DNA of 64,000 nt. Origin: Barthelona sp. PCE (taxonomy: Eukaryota). This document shows, piece by piece, positions 43,301-52,404 of this stretch (its first letter is position 1; each line of letters starts with the position of its first letter). Under the pieces are notes generated by a model. It was not told the origin of the DNA. It saw only the letters and a list, made by a program, of their open reading frames with translations, and ran no database searches. The translations under genes were made by a program, and so were the position numbers. Location: assembly GCA_040285745.1 (NCBI GenBank), contig JAUFOR010000003.1, positions 1,364,001-1,428,000 of the forward strand, in the 5' to 3' direction.

Positions 43301-46300
43301 AAGCTTGTTTGACAACATCTTTGGTGTATCGAACTCGAAAAATCGTGTAATAAATGCCAGCTCTGAAAGCGGAATGTTAATGCTGTCGGCGAACGGAAGA
43401 TCTGAAGGTAAGAAAGGTGTTCCTGGGAAGAATCCTAGAGAACTTGCCTTGTCACCTACATCTGCCATGACTGCCTCAAATTCGGTGCGAAGTTGCTGCA
43501 ATCTTTCCTCAGCAGCGTCAAGATCTTTCTTAACCTTCTTGCCGGCCTTCTTGACAGAAGCCTTGATTGAGAGGGTTTCAACCTCGTCCTCAAGCGCCTT
43601 AATTGAACGTGAATATAAAGTGCTCTTCAGAGTGGATGAAACAGCAAGCTCCATCGAGTTACTACCACCCTTGCGCTTAAACACACGTGAGAATTCCTTG
43701 AAGGTCCTGATGTATGTCTTAACCTCCTTGACAAGACGGTTACGCAAACGTAAGTTCTCATCATATGTGTGCTGTTGAGTGAGACCAAGCAGATCATACT
43801 CTTGCTCACTGAGTTCACTCAAATCCTTGAAGAACTCAAGAATCTCGATATCTTCTTCAGAAAGATCCAGTTCATGAAGAGTTAAGGACATTGATCTCTT
43901 AACACGAGTACGTGGAGTATCGTCAACAAAGCCAAATGAGCTGCTACGCTCTTCCTCTTCAGACTCCTCGTCCTTCTCACTGCCTTCTTCATCTTCAGTT
44001 TCACTTTCTAATTCAGTAATAGATTCAGGTGCAAGAAGTGATAAATAATGAGTAAATGCAAAGATCTTCTTGGACAACAACTGCAATACATTATCGATCT
44101 TGTGGAAATCTGCTGTCATAAGAATCTTCTTCTTCTTTGGCAGAAGAGAGAAAACCTCAAATAATGTTGTGATAACTTGGAAAAATGGTGAACCATTCAT
44201 CGTCTTACCCCTCTGCTCCTGTGTCATGTCATCAGAGAATGATAAAAGCTCCTCCTTCCACTCATAATTAATGTGATCTGAAAGCACTGATGTGATAATG
44301 ACACCATCACGGTACTTATCCTGTGAAAGCGCAAGGTACAAAAACTCGGCGAGGGTATCACCCTTATTCACGTGGAGGCTCTCCTGGAAGAAGCGCACAA
44401 CAGAGAATGATGTATCACGTGTCAGGTTGAATTGTTTCAAGAACGAAGCAGGTGATTTGAGGAACTTGTACACGTTTTGCAAGAGTTTGTACTTGCGGTC
44501 GTTATTATGCACATCAAGCTTGTGCTTGAGAGCAGACAAACGGGTGTTTAGATCATCGCTAAGATGCTGAACCAGCATCATGTTCTTGAAGTAAACTTCG
44601 TTCACCTCGTCGCTTAACAAACCAATAGCTTCGTTCATCAAGTCATCAACCGTGACCATTGGCACCTTGTATTTACCAGAAACTTCATAGAGCCAAGGCG
44701 ATTGCTGACCGTCAAATACTGATAAATGCACAATGTTGAGGGACTTGTCGAATGACTTCTTAACCTTTGCATCACCAACGTCAAACGCAATACTACGCTT
44801 GACTAACTGTTCAGGCACGGCAAGGCCATCTGCATCAACGGTCATTGCCAATTCCCCAACTTCCTCCTCCTCGTGTGATTCCATAATGGCGGCATCGAAT
44901 GATGGCATAGCAACGGCAACGGGTTCGCTGTAATCATCTTCACCGATATTCTCCAGAAGTGGTGGTGGGTTACCGCGCAACCACGGTCTCTGAAGACGAT
45001 CATCGTCGGGTAGAGGACCAACAAGCGGAATATCTGTGAGAGAAATCTCTGACATAGCGCGTGATGATGGGGCACCACTTAAATTCAGACTGCTGCCACG
45101 TGGTGTGCGACTTACACTACGACGACGTCTCCTTGGCTTCTTAGCCTTGACGTACTGCTCATGGTACTGTTTGTCAATGTTGATACAACATAGTTCAACG
45201 GGTGTGGAACCATTATTGCGAATAACAATCTCGCGCTCAGAAAACCAGGGATTACCATTGTCTTGCTCTTCCCAAGCAACCATGAGGTCATCCAGTGATG
45301 GTTTCTGCTGATGGTCTTCGGCCTTAGGAGTCTCAACTTCGCGCTCTGTTTTCCCTTTCTTACCCTTCTTGGGAGTCTTGGTGGGGGGTAAGTCAGCTTC
45401 AGACTTTTCACTGACTACGTTTGATAGCTCCTCTATCTTTGTCTGACGGTCAGCCTTGGCCTCCTCATGCAACTGTTCAAGAATAATGGCACCAAAATCA
45501 ACCTCATCAGCATCATCATTGAGTGAGTAATCGTGCGTAGCACCAATACCCTGCAATTCAATACTTGTTTTCTCGCCATCCTTAACCTTGAACGTAGTTG
45601 TGACAGTAAATATACCATCACACGGTGGCTTGAAGATGATTGGTAAATCGAACGACGTCTTGGAAGGAATCGTCTGACTGACAACTGGAAACTCAAACGG
45701 ACACTCTGATTCGCGCACGTCCTTCTTTCCAGGAATGCGGAACTGTGTCTTGAGCTTCTTTGTTGTGAGCGTAAATGTCACATCAAGATCGGTTGGGTTA
45801 TACAGTTTCAAGAAGTTTGTTTGCATCTCACCCACATACACATCGTCAAAGATGAGCCTATGGGCGCTGAGACACAAGTGCGGCATCTGCACTTTAGCGT
45901 GGACATAGATCGATAAGAATGGACCGTGCTGGGTAAGATTCAAAGGAACAATACCTAAAAAGTATTTATCCATGCGATCCCAACTGTTCATCCTGCTAAA
46001 GTAGTACTTATCATCAACCCTATCAGGAGCAAATGTGAATGTGAGATCAACACAATCGGGAGACAAGGTACCTTCACTTGATATGAGAGAACCACGGCGG
46101 GAATCTGATGTCTGGATGGATGTTGTTAGATCCGTCTTTGAGTATGTGGGGATATGTTGTACCTTCATGGGATTAATATTCAGTCCCATCTTACGCAGTT
46201 CAATTCGTGAAGGGGTGAAATCGAGATCGAAAGCGTAATAATCAATGTTCTTGAGTGTAAACATCTGATCATTTACGGATTTGGGAATAACGGTACCAAA

Positions 46301-49300
46301 TTCAAGCAGGTAGCAAAAGACGCTGCAATTCTTGAGCATGCCCACAAAGAAATTGAACTTCTTACGGAAGATATTCATATCCTCTTCCAAAGCCTTCTGG
46401 AAACGACTATCATCAACGTTGGACAACCTTGACACGGCACTTGGGCGGCGATTCAGAAGCTCTTCCTGCTTCTCAAGTATGTATGAAACCAAATTACTGA
46501 TCTGTCTTGAGAAGACCTCCGACGAATTAACCTGATTGATGGTCTGATAGTGCATGTTGGCAACGAACGTCTTAAGGAACTTGTTATCGCTCTCAGACAG
46601 CATGATTCTGTCTAGGGATAACACTAAAGAAGGAACAAGTGCATATACTTGAGCAATTAAGCTGATTGGAGGTAAAAAGTCCAATATAAGTAAAAACTTC
46701 TTCTTGATGAGACCAGGGAGTTTAGGCATCAGATGTACAGTAATCTGCACTTCATCACCAGCTGCAATGAACCCCTTGGAAGGCTCAATAAATAGACCAC
46801 TCAGACCCACGTCTTCGTCATCACTCAAGGTGAACTTGAAGTTATAGTCACATTTACCAGTGTTGCGGATAATAAATGTGTCCTTCGGGATAGTTGTAAA
46901 CTTACAACAGCCCAGATCAATGAACTGTTGTGATACATAATATGAAATGAATGAACAACGGCCTCGAAGATACAGGGAATAAAGAGGGCCGCCTTCAGTG
47001 TGTAATAACAACGAATGATCAACCAATAGATCTTTCGTTGCTGTGAACACAACTTGTACATCGATCTCTTCACCAGGTCCTAAAACAAAACTGTATGGTG
47101 TAACAGAAAAGAGATCACTAGGTTGGATATTTTGCTCATCTTCCTCGTTGACGTTGGAGTCGCCAAACGAAAACATACAATCACAGACTCTGTTGCTAGT
47201 GTTGCTGATAGTTAAAGAATCGGTTTTTGTTGTGTTGTTAAGAAGTGAGCCAAAGTTGATACCGACGTCACTGAATGACAAATTGGGGAATTCAAAGAAG
47301 ATATTAACACCAATCTCAGATATCTCACTGTAATTCAGACATTTGAGAATAATAGACTTCTTCTCTTTAATTGAATGCGTGAAGTCAACATAATTTGATA
47401 CAAACAGTAAAAGATAATAATACACTGTCTCTTTTGACTCAAGTTTAACGTTATCACTTGCATAGATATCAGTGGAAAACATATTCTCAGCTGTAATCAT
47501 TGCTTGTTTGAGTGGACCTACCATAACATCATTCTTATTTTGAGAATCTAAAAGCGTCACAATGCCCTCTTCATCAGCTGGGTCAACATGCTTAAATGTA
47601 TCAACAAGTTTTTTATGCTCGGTGTATTCATCCTCTGTAACCTTGATGAGACCAAAATTCTTTGGGGTGTTGAGCTCTAACTCAAGTGGAATATCAGTGT
47701 TGTTGGTGAGAGAGAAAGGCTGCATTAGACATGCAAAACCAAGAGACTTGATGACTGCATCATAACAGAAATCCATCGATGCCATCGGTACGCAATCCAA
47801 AGAGGGAGCAATGATTGATGCAGCGAATTTAAAGTTAAAAGTCTTCTTGTTCGCCATACGCCTTGCGTCTGAGTTGGAGATTTGCAATTGCAAATTAGCA
47901 TTGAAATTACCCATTTGTTTTGTGCTAATCGACATTGAAAAAATATGAAAAGCATTAGGTTCAAGACGAACTCGGTCAGGTGACATGGAGAACATTTGAC
48001 TCTTAACGCCATTTGAATTAGGCAAAACCTTCCATTGGAGGGTCATAACATCTGTACCGTGATTAACAATGGAGTAAAGGCGTACGATTGTGTCACTGCC
48101 TTGAATCTTGTTGAACAATAGATCTCCATAATCAACTTCAATGGTATCTGCTGGCAGACTGCTGTTGCGCAACAGTTCAGCGACCTCAACCGTTTCAACT
48201 GAATCACCAACCTCGACTCGGTTAATTTCGGTCATGATGATTGTTGAGCCCTTTCCAGTTGCTGTGAGTTTAACGCTACCACAGTCCTTGTTATCACTAT
48301 TTTCCAGTAAAATATCCAATACATTGACCTTCTTCAGATCAAAGGATCGCAAGAAACAATGGATTGGAATCTTCTCAACCGAAAGAGGGGCTATTATGTA
48401 CTCGCTGCTCTCAAGATAGAATGCTTCTGTCCGGTTACCCAATACAAGATGTACTGGAGCATCAATTGGAGAAGTGTTTTCTATGTTAAGGTACTTTGTA
48501 AACTCGGTTAAGCACTCACAGCCACCAAAGTTAACAGAATCATTATGAACAACAACGGACGGCCCGTAACAATCAAACCTGATGAGAACATCCCGTACAA
48601 GGCTCGAGTCGCTGATATCTTGTGTGCCGCCAATACTTCTCAGAGATAATGAAATGTTGTAATCACCTCGCATGAGGGGGAAAAGCTCAACTTCAACGTT
48701 GACACTCGATTCCGCTTTGATGATTGACGATTTTGGAGTGATATTCAAAAAGCCTGCGTTCTCAGTAGCCTGAGCTTGCGGGATACTGACAAACTTGAGG
48801 GGAATAGGACTGTTATTAATGAGTGTGAGGCTTCGCTTGACGCTCTTCTTCAAGTAAACCTTTCCAAAATCAATGAGTTCCTGATCCAAAATGAGCTCAG
48901 CAATTCGCGCCTCACCAACAATCGTGATAGTACGCATGGGTTTCTTTGAGAACTGTGGAAGGAATATATCAATCTTTCGTTCGAAAGTACCAACCTTTGT
49001 GGGGAGTACACTGAATGTGACAGTCTTTAAACATCCACTTTCAAGACATAACTCCTTATTTTCATCAGTCAGCGTTATGTCTTTCTCAAGAAGACCTGTT
49101 TGACAGTCTCTTATTTGATAATAGTAATCAAAATCGATCTCACCAATGTTCTCAATAAGAAACGAACGTTTCATAAGAAAACCAGATGACATATTACCGA
49201 GGTCGATATTTGGCGTAGATACATCAAACTTAGGACATTTAACAGTTGCTTTAATATGTAACTTGAGCAATTCAGTTACACCCTGTATTTGAAAATATAC

Positions 49301-50023
49301 ACTAAGGGATACGGGTGCGAACTTCTTGGGTAGAATCTTAATGACAACCTCCTGTGAGCTTTTGGATTCGATGATGCCCTCCATAGGTGATAGAGATACA
49401 TCCATCTCAAGAATATTAGTATTGAGTGGAGCAATCTGATAACGAGCTTTAAGTACACCCATATTACGTAGAGTAGCAATGTACTCGATCTCACTGTTCA
49501 GATATACGCTGCCCAAGTCAACATCAATATCTTCTAATCGAACATCAGGACCTTGACCAACACCATGAAGAGTCACTTCCAAACGCTGATGTTCAAAGCC
49601 ATCAAAGTCCATAACCTTGAGGTATGCCTTCTTAACGACAGTCCCCTGGATTTCTGGTGTAAAAACAATCTGAAAATCGTTTCGACCCGTTGGATACAAA
49701 GGTTTTGATAATGGATCGAGCGCAAATATCTTCTGGTCGTAGCACGAGAACTGCTCTACCGTTTTAAAGGGTAAATCTTCAAGAACACTATGAACATCGA
49801 CGTTTTCGTTGTGTGCACGTTCTGCTTCGATAGCTTTTGCCACATAGTCGTTGAACAGCACGATTTCCTCCTGTGCAGAGGCAAAACGAACCCATTCAAC
49901 AACACAAGGCTTCTTTCCAACGTTTTCAACACGAATGGAAGCCGATTGAACTGGGGTGTTCAGGTAGCTGGCGCCACAGTCAATCGTAGGGTTGCTAATG
50001 ATACAGTTGACGTCTAGTGGCAT
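34394..50023 (-). CDS. HYDIN: Hydin, axonemal central-pair protein (~5200 aa)
   Basis: Many ASH/Ig-like repeats (xDFG.V...L.N.G...F.V.P..G.I.PG), central insertion region, C-terminal PRPQGP..I.FKNIF..WVYFL; likely start ATG 50023. Confidence 0.92.
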   Translation of the reverse strand: MPLDVNCIISNPTIDCGASYLNTPVQSASIRVENVGKKPCVVEWVRFASAQEEIVLFNDYVAKAIEAERAHNENVDVHSVLEDLPFKTVEQFSCYDQKIFALDPLSKPLYPTGRNDFQIVFTPEIQGTVVKKAYLKVMDFDGFEHQRLEVTLHGVGQGPDVRLEDIDVDLGSVYLNSEIEYIATLRNMGVLKARYQIAPLNTNILEMDVSLSPMEGIIESKSSQEVVIKILPKKFAPVSLSVYFQIQGVTELLKLHIKATVKCPKFDVSTPNIDLGNMSSGFLMKRSFLIENIGEIDFDYYYQIRDCQTGLLEKDITLTDENKELCLESGCLKTVTFSVLPTKVGTFERKIDIFLPQFSKKPMRTITIVGEARIAELILDQELIDFGKVYLKKSVKRSLTLINNSPIPLKFVSIPQAQATENAGFLNITPKSSIIKAESSVNVEVELFPLMRGDYNISLSLRSIGGTQDISDSSLVRDVLIRFDCYGPSVVVHNDSVNFGGCECLTEFTKYLNIENTSPIDAPVHLVLGNRTEAFYLESSEYIIAPLSVEKIPIHCFLRSFDLKKVNVLDILLENSDNKDCGSVKLTATGKGSTIIMTEINRVEVGDSVETVEVAELLRNSSLPADTIEVDYGDLLFNKIQGSDTIVRLYSIVNHGTDVMTLQWKVLPNSNGVKSQMFSMSPDRVRLEPNAFHIFSMSISTKQMGNFNANLQLQISNSDARRMANKKTFNFKFAASIIAPSLDCVPMASMDFCYDAVIKSLGFACLMQPFSLTNNTDIPLELELNTPKNFGLIKVTEDEYTEHKKLVDTFKHVDPADEEGIVTLLDSQNKNDVMVGPLKQAMITAENMFSTDIYASDNVKLESKETVYYYLLLFVSNYVDFTHSIKEKKSIILKCLNYSEISEIGVNIFFEFPNLSFSDVGINFGSLLNNTTKTDSLTISNTSNRVCDCMFSFGDSNVNEEDEQNIQPSDLFSVTPYSFVLGPGEEIDVQVVFTATKDLLVDHSLLLHTEGGPLYSLYLRGRCSFISYYVSQQFIDLGCCKFTTIPKDTFIIRNTGKCDYNFKFTLSDDEDVGLSGLFIEPSKGFIAAGDEVQITVHLMPKLPGLIKKKFLLILDFLPPISLIAQVYALVPSLVLSLDRIMLSESDNKFLKTFVANMHYQTINQVNSSEVFSRQISNLVSYILEKQEELLNRRPSAVSRLSNVDDSRFQKALEEDMNIFRKKFNFFVGMLKNCSVFCYLLEFGTVIPKSVNDQMFTLKNIDYYAFDLDFTPSRIELRKMGLNINPMKVQHIPTYSKTDLTTSIQTSDSRRGSLISSEGTLSPDCVDLTFTFAPDRVDDKYYFSRMNSWDRMDKYFLGIVPLNLTQHGPFLSIYVHAKVQMPHLCLSAHRLIFDDVYVGEMQTNFLKLYNPTDLDVTFTLTTKKLKTQFRIPGKKDVRESECPFEFPVVSQTIPSKTSFDLPIIFKPPCDGIFTVTTTFKVKDGEKTSIELQGIGATHDYSLNDDADEVDFGAIILEQLHEEAKADRQTKIEELSNVVSEKSEADLPPTKTPKKGKKGKTEREVETPKAEDHQQKPSLDDLMVAWEEQDNGNPWFSEREIVIRNNGSTPVELCCINIDKQYHEQYVKAKKPRRRRRSVSRTPRGSSLNLSGAPSSRAMSEISLTDIPLVGPLPDDDRLQRPWLRGNPPPLLENIGEDDYSEPVAVAMPSFDAAIMESHEEEEVGELAMTVDADGLAVPEQLVKRSIAFDVGDAKVKKSFDKSLNIVHLSVFDGQQSPWLYEVSGKYKVPMVTVDDLMNEAIGLLSDEVNEVYFKNMMLVQHLSDDLNTRLSALKHKLDVHNNDRKYKLLQNVYKFLKSPASFLKQFNLTRDTSFSVVRFFQESLHVNKGDTLAEFLYLALSQDKYRDGVIITSVLSDHINYEWKEELLSFSDDMTQEQRGKTMNGSPFFQVITTLFEVFSLLPKKKKILMTADFHKIDNVLQLLSKKIFAFTHYLSLLAPESITELESETEDEEGSEKDEESEEEERSSSFGFVDDTPRTRVKRSMSLTLHELDLSEEDIEILEFFKDLSELSEQEYDLLGLTQQHTYDENLRLRNRLVKEVKTYIRTFKEFSRVFKRKGGSNSMELAVSSTLKSTLYSRSIKALEDEVETLSIKASVKKAGKKVKKDLDAAEERLQQLRTEFEAVMADVGDKASSLGFFPGTPFLPSDLPFADSINIPLSELAFITRFFEFDTPKMLSNKLEELRPQEDGSVNSDELSNNANRVIGGLQLVTELGATARANTFFVINGIQGLICESLNSDINGFVSGSDLYWEDEETFQQHLKELLNDPSVINAMKEGATIVNDDDSNMLTLIDNLKTIVLDNLTGTGLNSSTSVPRLFVESDWKKIVNNVRSNEKGDYRLPHNDLFEPQFLVEDGDYKFTIMSQNPELTDDLRYEVEENNRRREEMLTEQAEQMQALKETTSKKKKKGQQPTIEVIKDEDIPELRELPEEFVSDLSRWELAPFGELRLKVRFTSRVKNEFNIVLHFVPTFLLPLDATLMKRVLTFKDNPVLKTTREILLQKVISESLYKRIVLKGVCDEPCIDTADRVLYSTRHQLDFDLKIPSSFDNVEQLSKVLDKFKDIRMGWIQNKHIHTPNFWFFGCQGLLSNVLVEPQFESLSDRFVYVDDERVFQKITLSNVGLFTSYIDISFENDGLGVILNPDVTSQPIEAEVVEVEPEPVKPKSKQGSRKKGKATGKTSATPEHKVQFNPDGATHLTLSKLNVAKQAVNPTFHLSSHNMVLAPGEKKTLQVYCYPQIPCLIRDKLIINVLNQPDNVTIPMYSLGSVPRLSLSTESLSFGKILTDKSVSLDLALKNTGYVDVAFDIDMEIPDYISFSQTSGVVKAQDEVIVKVKALSLEALEFALSGAINTYYDSFYFPEATTGLDPSLYKFRLESLPLVLDGEFYEILLSIGNVSACLSATSSTYSGEKDEDDLKTKIDFGTVRVYEEVTSSLVLRNSGKYDISYRLHVKETSPLKGCFVVDQPSGVLSAGKDQLASSVNTGKKGKKRPTSSGEQSGTSIDLSVVWKPKTTVDLVDSPDVMIEVFDLQRDERIGVLPVFVTCTSVFSRFILNPASGINFGPLEFNAKLTREFTITNTGVFPFSAEIVTEAMLEEYNNKYLMEPKVEAESGTVSTSRAPSSIGKTPRSAKPKKGAVVASQERKQVISDGSPLQLGPFTISPGVVNVEPNRTATFTVKFKPTKEDIGTSVTSDNSGSVWSISSFLRITDSDADVRSLIHLDTEGTTENIPLPHSLDFRGHGCEPLIDKSVTEIFEEYAVLHEFPQLATTIPNNIFSISDNCFSFGPCRLNSTHEVRLKISNPTKISEKVVFLFSNLTEETAQVKKEGKGKKQPKRPKSRPSSGVQKNNSGFFLKETQFVLSPHEYKYVTVYFEPSNLQTTRASLDVCCCSLQGETEPVPMLSIDFLGEGVLPLMHCTIPRENNITSLLRNDAVREELNKVIQPSAAAATAKGSKKEVGSADLESMLQNAIIFPELRVGKQHSLSLPLHNPGVLNTSLRVGLSPTAVSSMDGIDFVSILDGFAVSGGSVTIAPNETRDVLVTFSPSRSSTHMGCNVSKSYLIVDVPENSFDARCIPLIGISYSSPLTLSTAEDDDMASLSFVDVDIGVTTTRCVNLTNHSDDVYKFNVDITNFITSHLSSSKCDFNVVPAVGHILPGETIELHARLKAHEKLSVVEVPLNIGLQQIRYAEESDRDIQWNSDMTEVSFITYEDYQKLRSDYERELAEIEKQKRNRKKKGAAPIPKIVEVPPLPASYDPASGEPVRLQTNVAEPTIIVEQELAPLPIMFEASVDFVKYELGDDVSSLIEKYGKVAFKKTYMYQKRVFTFTIKNPSYSNLCYDFDFEYTKQVEHKPMCPYSVEPAKGVIPPQQSQKFSLVFAPLEVFDNGFDMTCSIVNLHEDCAPLRIPLDGVTLRPLCYFDVPESKYLFSSERDSSLALPDGTVVSTETAHDWSIVDFANRGVDIKSRGSIVIVNPTSYSYRFIVSCIDKNATIRSVRKHSVTNGVFTCLECNGKIEPGRQKHVEFEFVSSSLENQESCWMIEIPEFNLVQKFLLVGRTVEPQLYLNKPHLNFGDLLVGTSVTQQLELFNNEDIPFDFTVDNATLEDIDRNVIFNISPVSGVVPPHGMLPLKVSFTSFEEKFYNLNASINVRRKTMKLSLNVKGQGYNLIGDCYLQTTQNGVVNYRELVVGKANIVDFGSCLLNQVAARTFKIQNSGLANFNVAIFPFKSNKNPSVVHIPESETVVRTKSSFETNLTLNTSEPVELDENPADYVIALGPGRERKYLIRFKGSVDRPKLEFSSRRIDFGKRFVLTPNSDVYSLPFEITNNDDIPLTIELQDEPVQWLTHDFSSTTLSPNETKSYKFNVKPIEVGAYKHSLQLSINSGIVFIPLTVGVNSMQPKLYVYNKKRRLTNTTCRVSFLGTSVSDVVTKTFTLVNRSELPIENLSLELEFGDIIDPSLPSMLSIYPTYPFTLGPKQLYDVTVTFKPNKRIGKFQVPIIANFCDTSISMGRVEGSSVGTAVKLESSNLNFPAVALGSSLTRRILLHNFGDLPTFFNFKVLNDKQLGIEHDFELNPMSGYLPAGEDLPLNVVFHPQKVQRMIDYELECEIEGSTLDPLHLELGGVCVQLDVPEENKVEFETAVRSGVTKTLTLNTSQLISLESNTARSTEPPAPTGKSRGKAPATTPAAAPRSGHATRYMLNPVFNGSSFFRGASSVEIIEGQNVSYDVVYSPLAMTSENDVHEATLFIALPDGNAFYYSLTGISGQPSAMEAVNVTTASREVCPITLEINNWLNDVQRFHVFIKGSDGVEKEISSFSSSMFKLNGAAFMDVPANSTKPFSLSFIAQKHQVCEFDVVFRVMETNEYLECNVKLNVEAPKPLGPYEVRTPLRSSIDKTLYISNPLSTPVSFTSQCDEDTIEVARKFLVPPNATHFPFDVKWVPTVPVTKQVQLRLSCEMLDTVVYTLDLETLSPLPERPLSFRAAIGTTMVLSAKLRNICTSNVTFNASITGHSTGFFSVDPTLTVNGSVQHIMVPVSFEPLGIGSFSATLILENENVGSYTIPLKGHATLPRPQGPILVGGATTINFKNIFDQQTMFNIHCDNPNFVVKNSEVVDAKKSVAIQVLHRGDSSKGRLTISHDDLEWVYFLNGE

Positions 50024-50559
50024 TAAAAAAAGGAATGAAACAATAAACAAATTTGGATTCTAGTATTGTTAAAAAATGGTTAGTGTCACCGTGGTTACGT
50101 ACCAGATGCGAAGCATATTCTTCCGATTAATAGCGTTTAAGTATTTAAATATGCATGTGAGAAGTATTATTGCATACAGATGTTTTACACAATAACTGTA
50201 CAATAATTGTGGGTTTCATTTGTTCTTCTGTGAGAACTCTATCATTACGTTTGCCATAAAACGTTGTTTCTAAAACCTGCACAATTGATCTTCCATTTCT
50301 CTTTCCAAACTTTTATGCTTCCACATAATATCACCATTTGTGACCACATTTCGTCTTTTTTAAGGTAAACAGTACAAATATCTCCTTTTAATTGTGAAAA
50401 ACGGTTAATTGCTTGAAAAATACATTCTACAAACAATATAAAGCACCAATCTAATACAAAAATCAAAAAATACTAACATAAAACAGTTTGTTTCTGACTA
50501 TACTTGTTTTCCCATTTATTCCCTTTAAACAAATTACACTATCGTCTTTATGATACGTA

Positions 50560-52398
50560 ATGCCGTTTAAGAAAGCCAATTTGAAAGATGAATCGGGCAT
50601 AGAGGGCCAAATTAACAACAGGTTACTATTTCCTGATGTCCAAATCGATATTTTGGAGGATGAAGTCGATATATTCAACCAAAAGGATCTTGATTCCCAC
50701 ATTAGCGATATATATTTCTTCTTCTGTCAACGAGGGTACGTAAACGTACTTTCAAATCAATTTTATAGGGTTATTAAAGCTTTATGCACAACATTCCTTG
50801 CTTTTGTGATGATATATTGGATCGTTTGGCCTAAGATTGCAGAGCTACCAGAGGTTCATGAGTTCCATTTTTCTGAAATCCTATCAAAACATCCAATATC
50901 CAGAATGTCAATTTTTGGTAAGGGTATGTTCATAGCATTCATTCTATATAGTTTAAAGCATTTGTTCACGTTTTGTTTGCATATTCCACGATTCTGGAGA
51001 GTAAGAAATACCTACATACATAAGCTTGGAATTGACATATCAACTTTAGATACGATGAAATGGTCTGAACTTGTGGAAAAACTTATAGCGGCAAAGCTTA
51101 TAAAGAGTGACGTTGAGGTAGCTAGTAGATTAATGCGTATAGAAAACATTCAAATGAGCTGCTTCCATGAAGAAGTTTTACCAACATACAATTGTACAAT
51201 ATTTCCCAAATTCCAGCGTTATATATGTTATTCAAGTGCTTTTGACCATAATATGAACGTAAAATATGATTATTCTGCGGATAAGATGAGGAAAAGATGC
51301 AAATGGATTGTTGTTCTAACATTTCTTTTTTTTCCATTACTTTTCCTATTTAGAATAATGCAAATTGCATTCACGTTCGGTGAAGAACTAAAATCTAATC
51401 CTGGGAACGCTGCCAAACGTATTTGGTCACCGTTGGCAAGAATCAGGTTGAAGAATTATAACGAATTAGAACATCAGTTTCGCTTGAGATTAAGCCTATC
51501 ATACGGCATTGCCCGACGTTACTTTGACAGCTTTCCATCTTTCTTCTTGGACAATATCATGGCATTTTTAGCCTATATAGTGGGTGGATTTGCTCTTGTA
51601 CTTGTTCTTGGAACAGTTGGTTTTGGAGAAAAGTTTTCCAGTCTTTTGTTGCTAAACCGCTCTTTTTTCTTCTGGCTCACAACCCTTGCTGCTGTTCTTG
51701 CGTCGCTGCGTATCACATCTCCCTCCAATCCAGATTTTCAAACAGAGTCCTCCAGTCTGATCCGTAATCAACCTGATTTGTATCTGCGCAAATTACTCGA
51801 ACTACTACATCATGTTCGTGTGAGAGAGGATCATATGCACAGCGTCGCTGTTATGAAGGAGCTGGAACCATTATTTCCAATGATGTTCATTTATCTATTG
51901 CAAGAAGTCATGAATCCTTTATTACTCCCATTCAGACTTCTAGATTTACTTTCAAAGATCGATAGAGTCCACGATCACTTAGAGAGAAATTCTGTAGTTG
52001 TTGAAGGGAGCGGAACAATGTCTTCAAGTTCGTTGATTGAACATGTACGGACTGACAGTTTAGCAGCATCAAAATCACTAACACGAACAGATATAGCTGC
52101 TCTTTCATTCTCTGTTCATCATCCGAGATATGCATTTACAAAATTCCAAAACCTTGAAGAACATGATGAAATCGATGTTATGGCCTCTACAACTGAAAAA
52201 GAAAAAACTCAACAACTGAAGGATATTGAAAACGTGTTAAAAGCTCGCAGTCTTGAAGGTAGTATAATAACGAAACGTGATTTGAATCAAATGACAAACA
52301 TTGCCAAATACGTTATTAATCAAAACGCAACTACCCCAGTCACTACACAAGATAAAACTGCAGTATACAGTGATAAGAATATTAATGTGGCATTCTAG
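50560..52398 (+). CDS. ATG9: Autophagy protein ATG9
   Basis: DLDS.I..IY.F...RG, RLMRIEN, RIWSPLAR..L..YNELEHQF..RLS.SY..A.RY.DSFP, LQEVMNP.L.P. Confidence 0.9.
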   Translation: MPFKKANLKDESGIEGQINNRLLFPDVQIDILEDEVDIFNQKDLDSHISDIYFFFCQRGYVNVLSNQFYRVIKALCTTFLAFVMIYWIVWPKIAELPEVHEFHFSEILSKHPISRMSIFGKGMFIAFILYSLKHLFTFCLHIPRFWRVRNTYIHKLGIDISTLDTMKWSELVEKLIAAKLIKSDVEVASRLMRIENIQMSCFHEEVLPTYNCTIFPKFQRYICYSSAFDHNMNVKYDYSADKMRKRCKWIVVLTFLFFPLLFLFRIMQIAFTFGEELKSNPGNAAKRIWSPLARIRLKNYNELEHQFRLRLSLSYGIARRYFDSFPSFFLDNIMAFLAYIVGGFALVLVLGTVGFGEKFSSLLLLNRSFFFWLTTLAAVLASLRITSPSNPDFQTESSSLIRNQPDLYLRKLLELLHHVRVREDHMHSVAVMKELEPLFPMMFIYLLQEVMNPLLLPFRLLDLLSKIDRVHDHLERNSVVVEGSGTMSSSSLIEHVRTDSLAASKSLTRTDIAALSFSVHHPRYAFTKFQNLEEHDEIDVMASTTEKEKTQQLKDIENVLKARSLEGSIITKRDLNQMTNIAKYVINQNATTPVTTQDKTAVYSDKNINVAF

Positions 52399-52404
52399 TA
52401 AAGA

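Noticed and set aside
34423-50017. Many 60-157 aa antisense or alternative-frame ORFs inside HYDIN and other long genes
   Set aside because: Expected shadow ORFs from codon bias; no recognisable motifs.
50245-50466. 73-aa ORF upstream of HYDIN as a missing first exon
   Set aside because: No Hydin-like sequence and no matching donor/acceptor pair seen.
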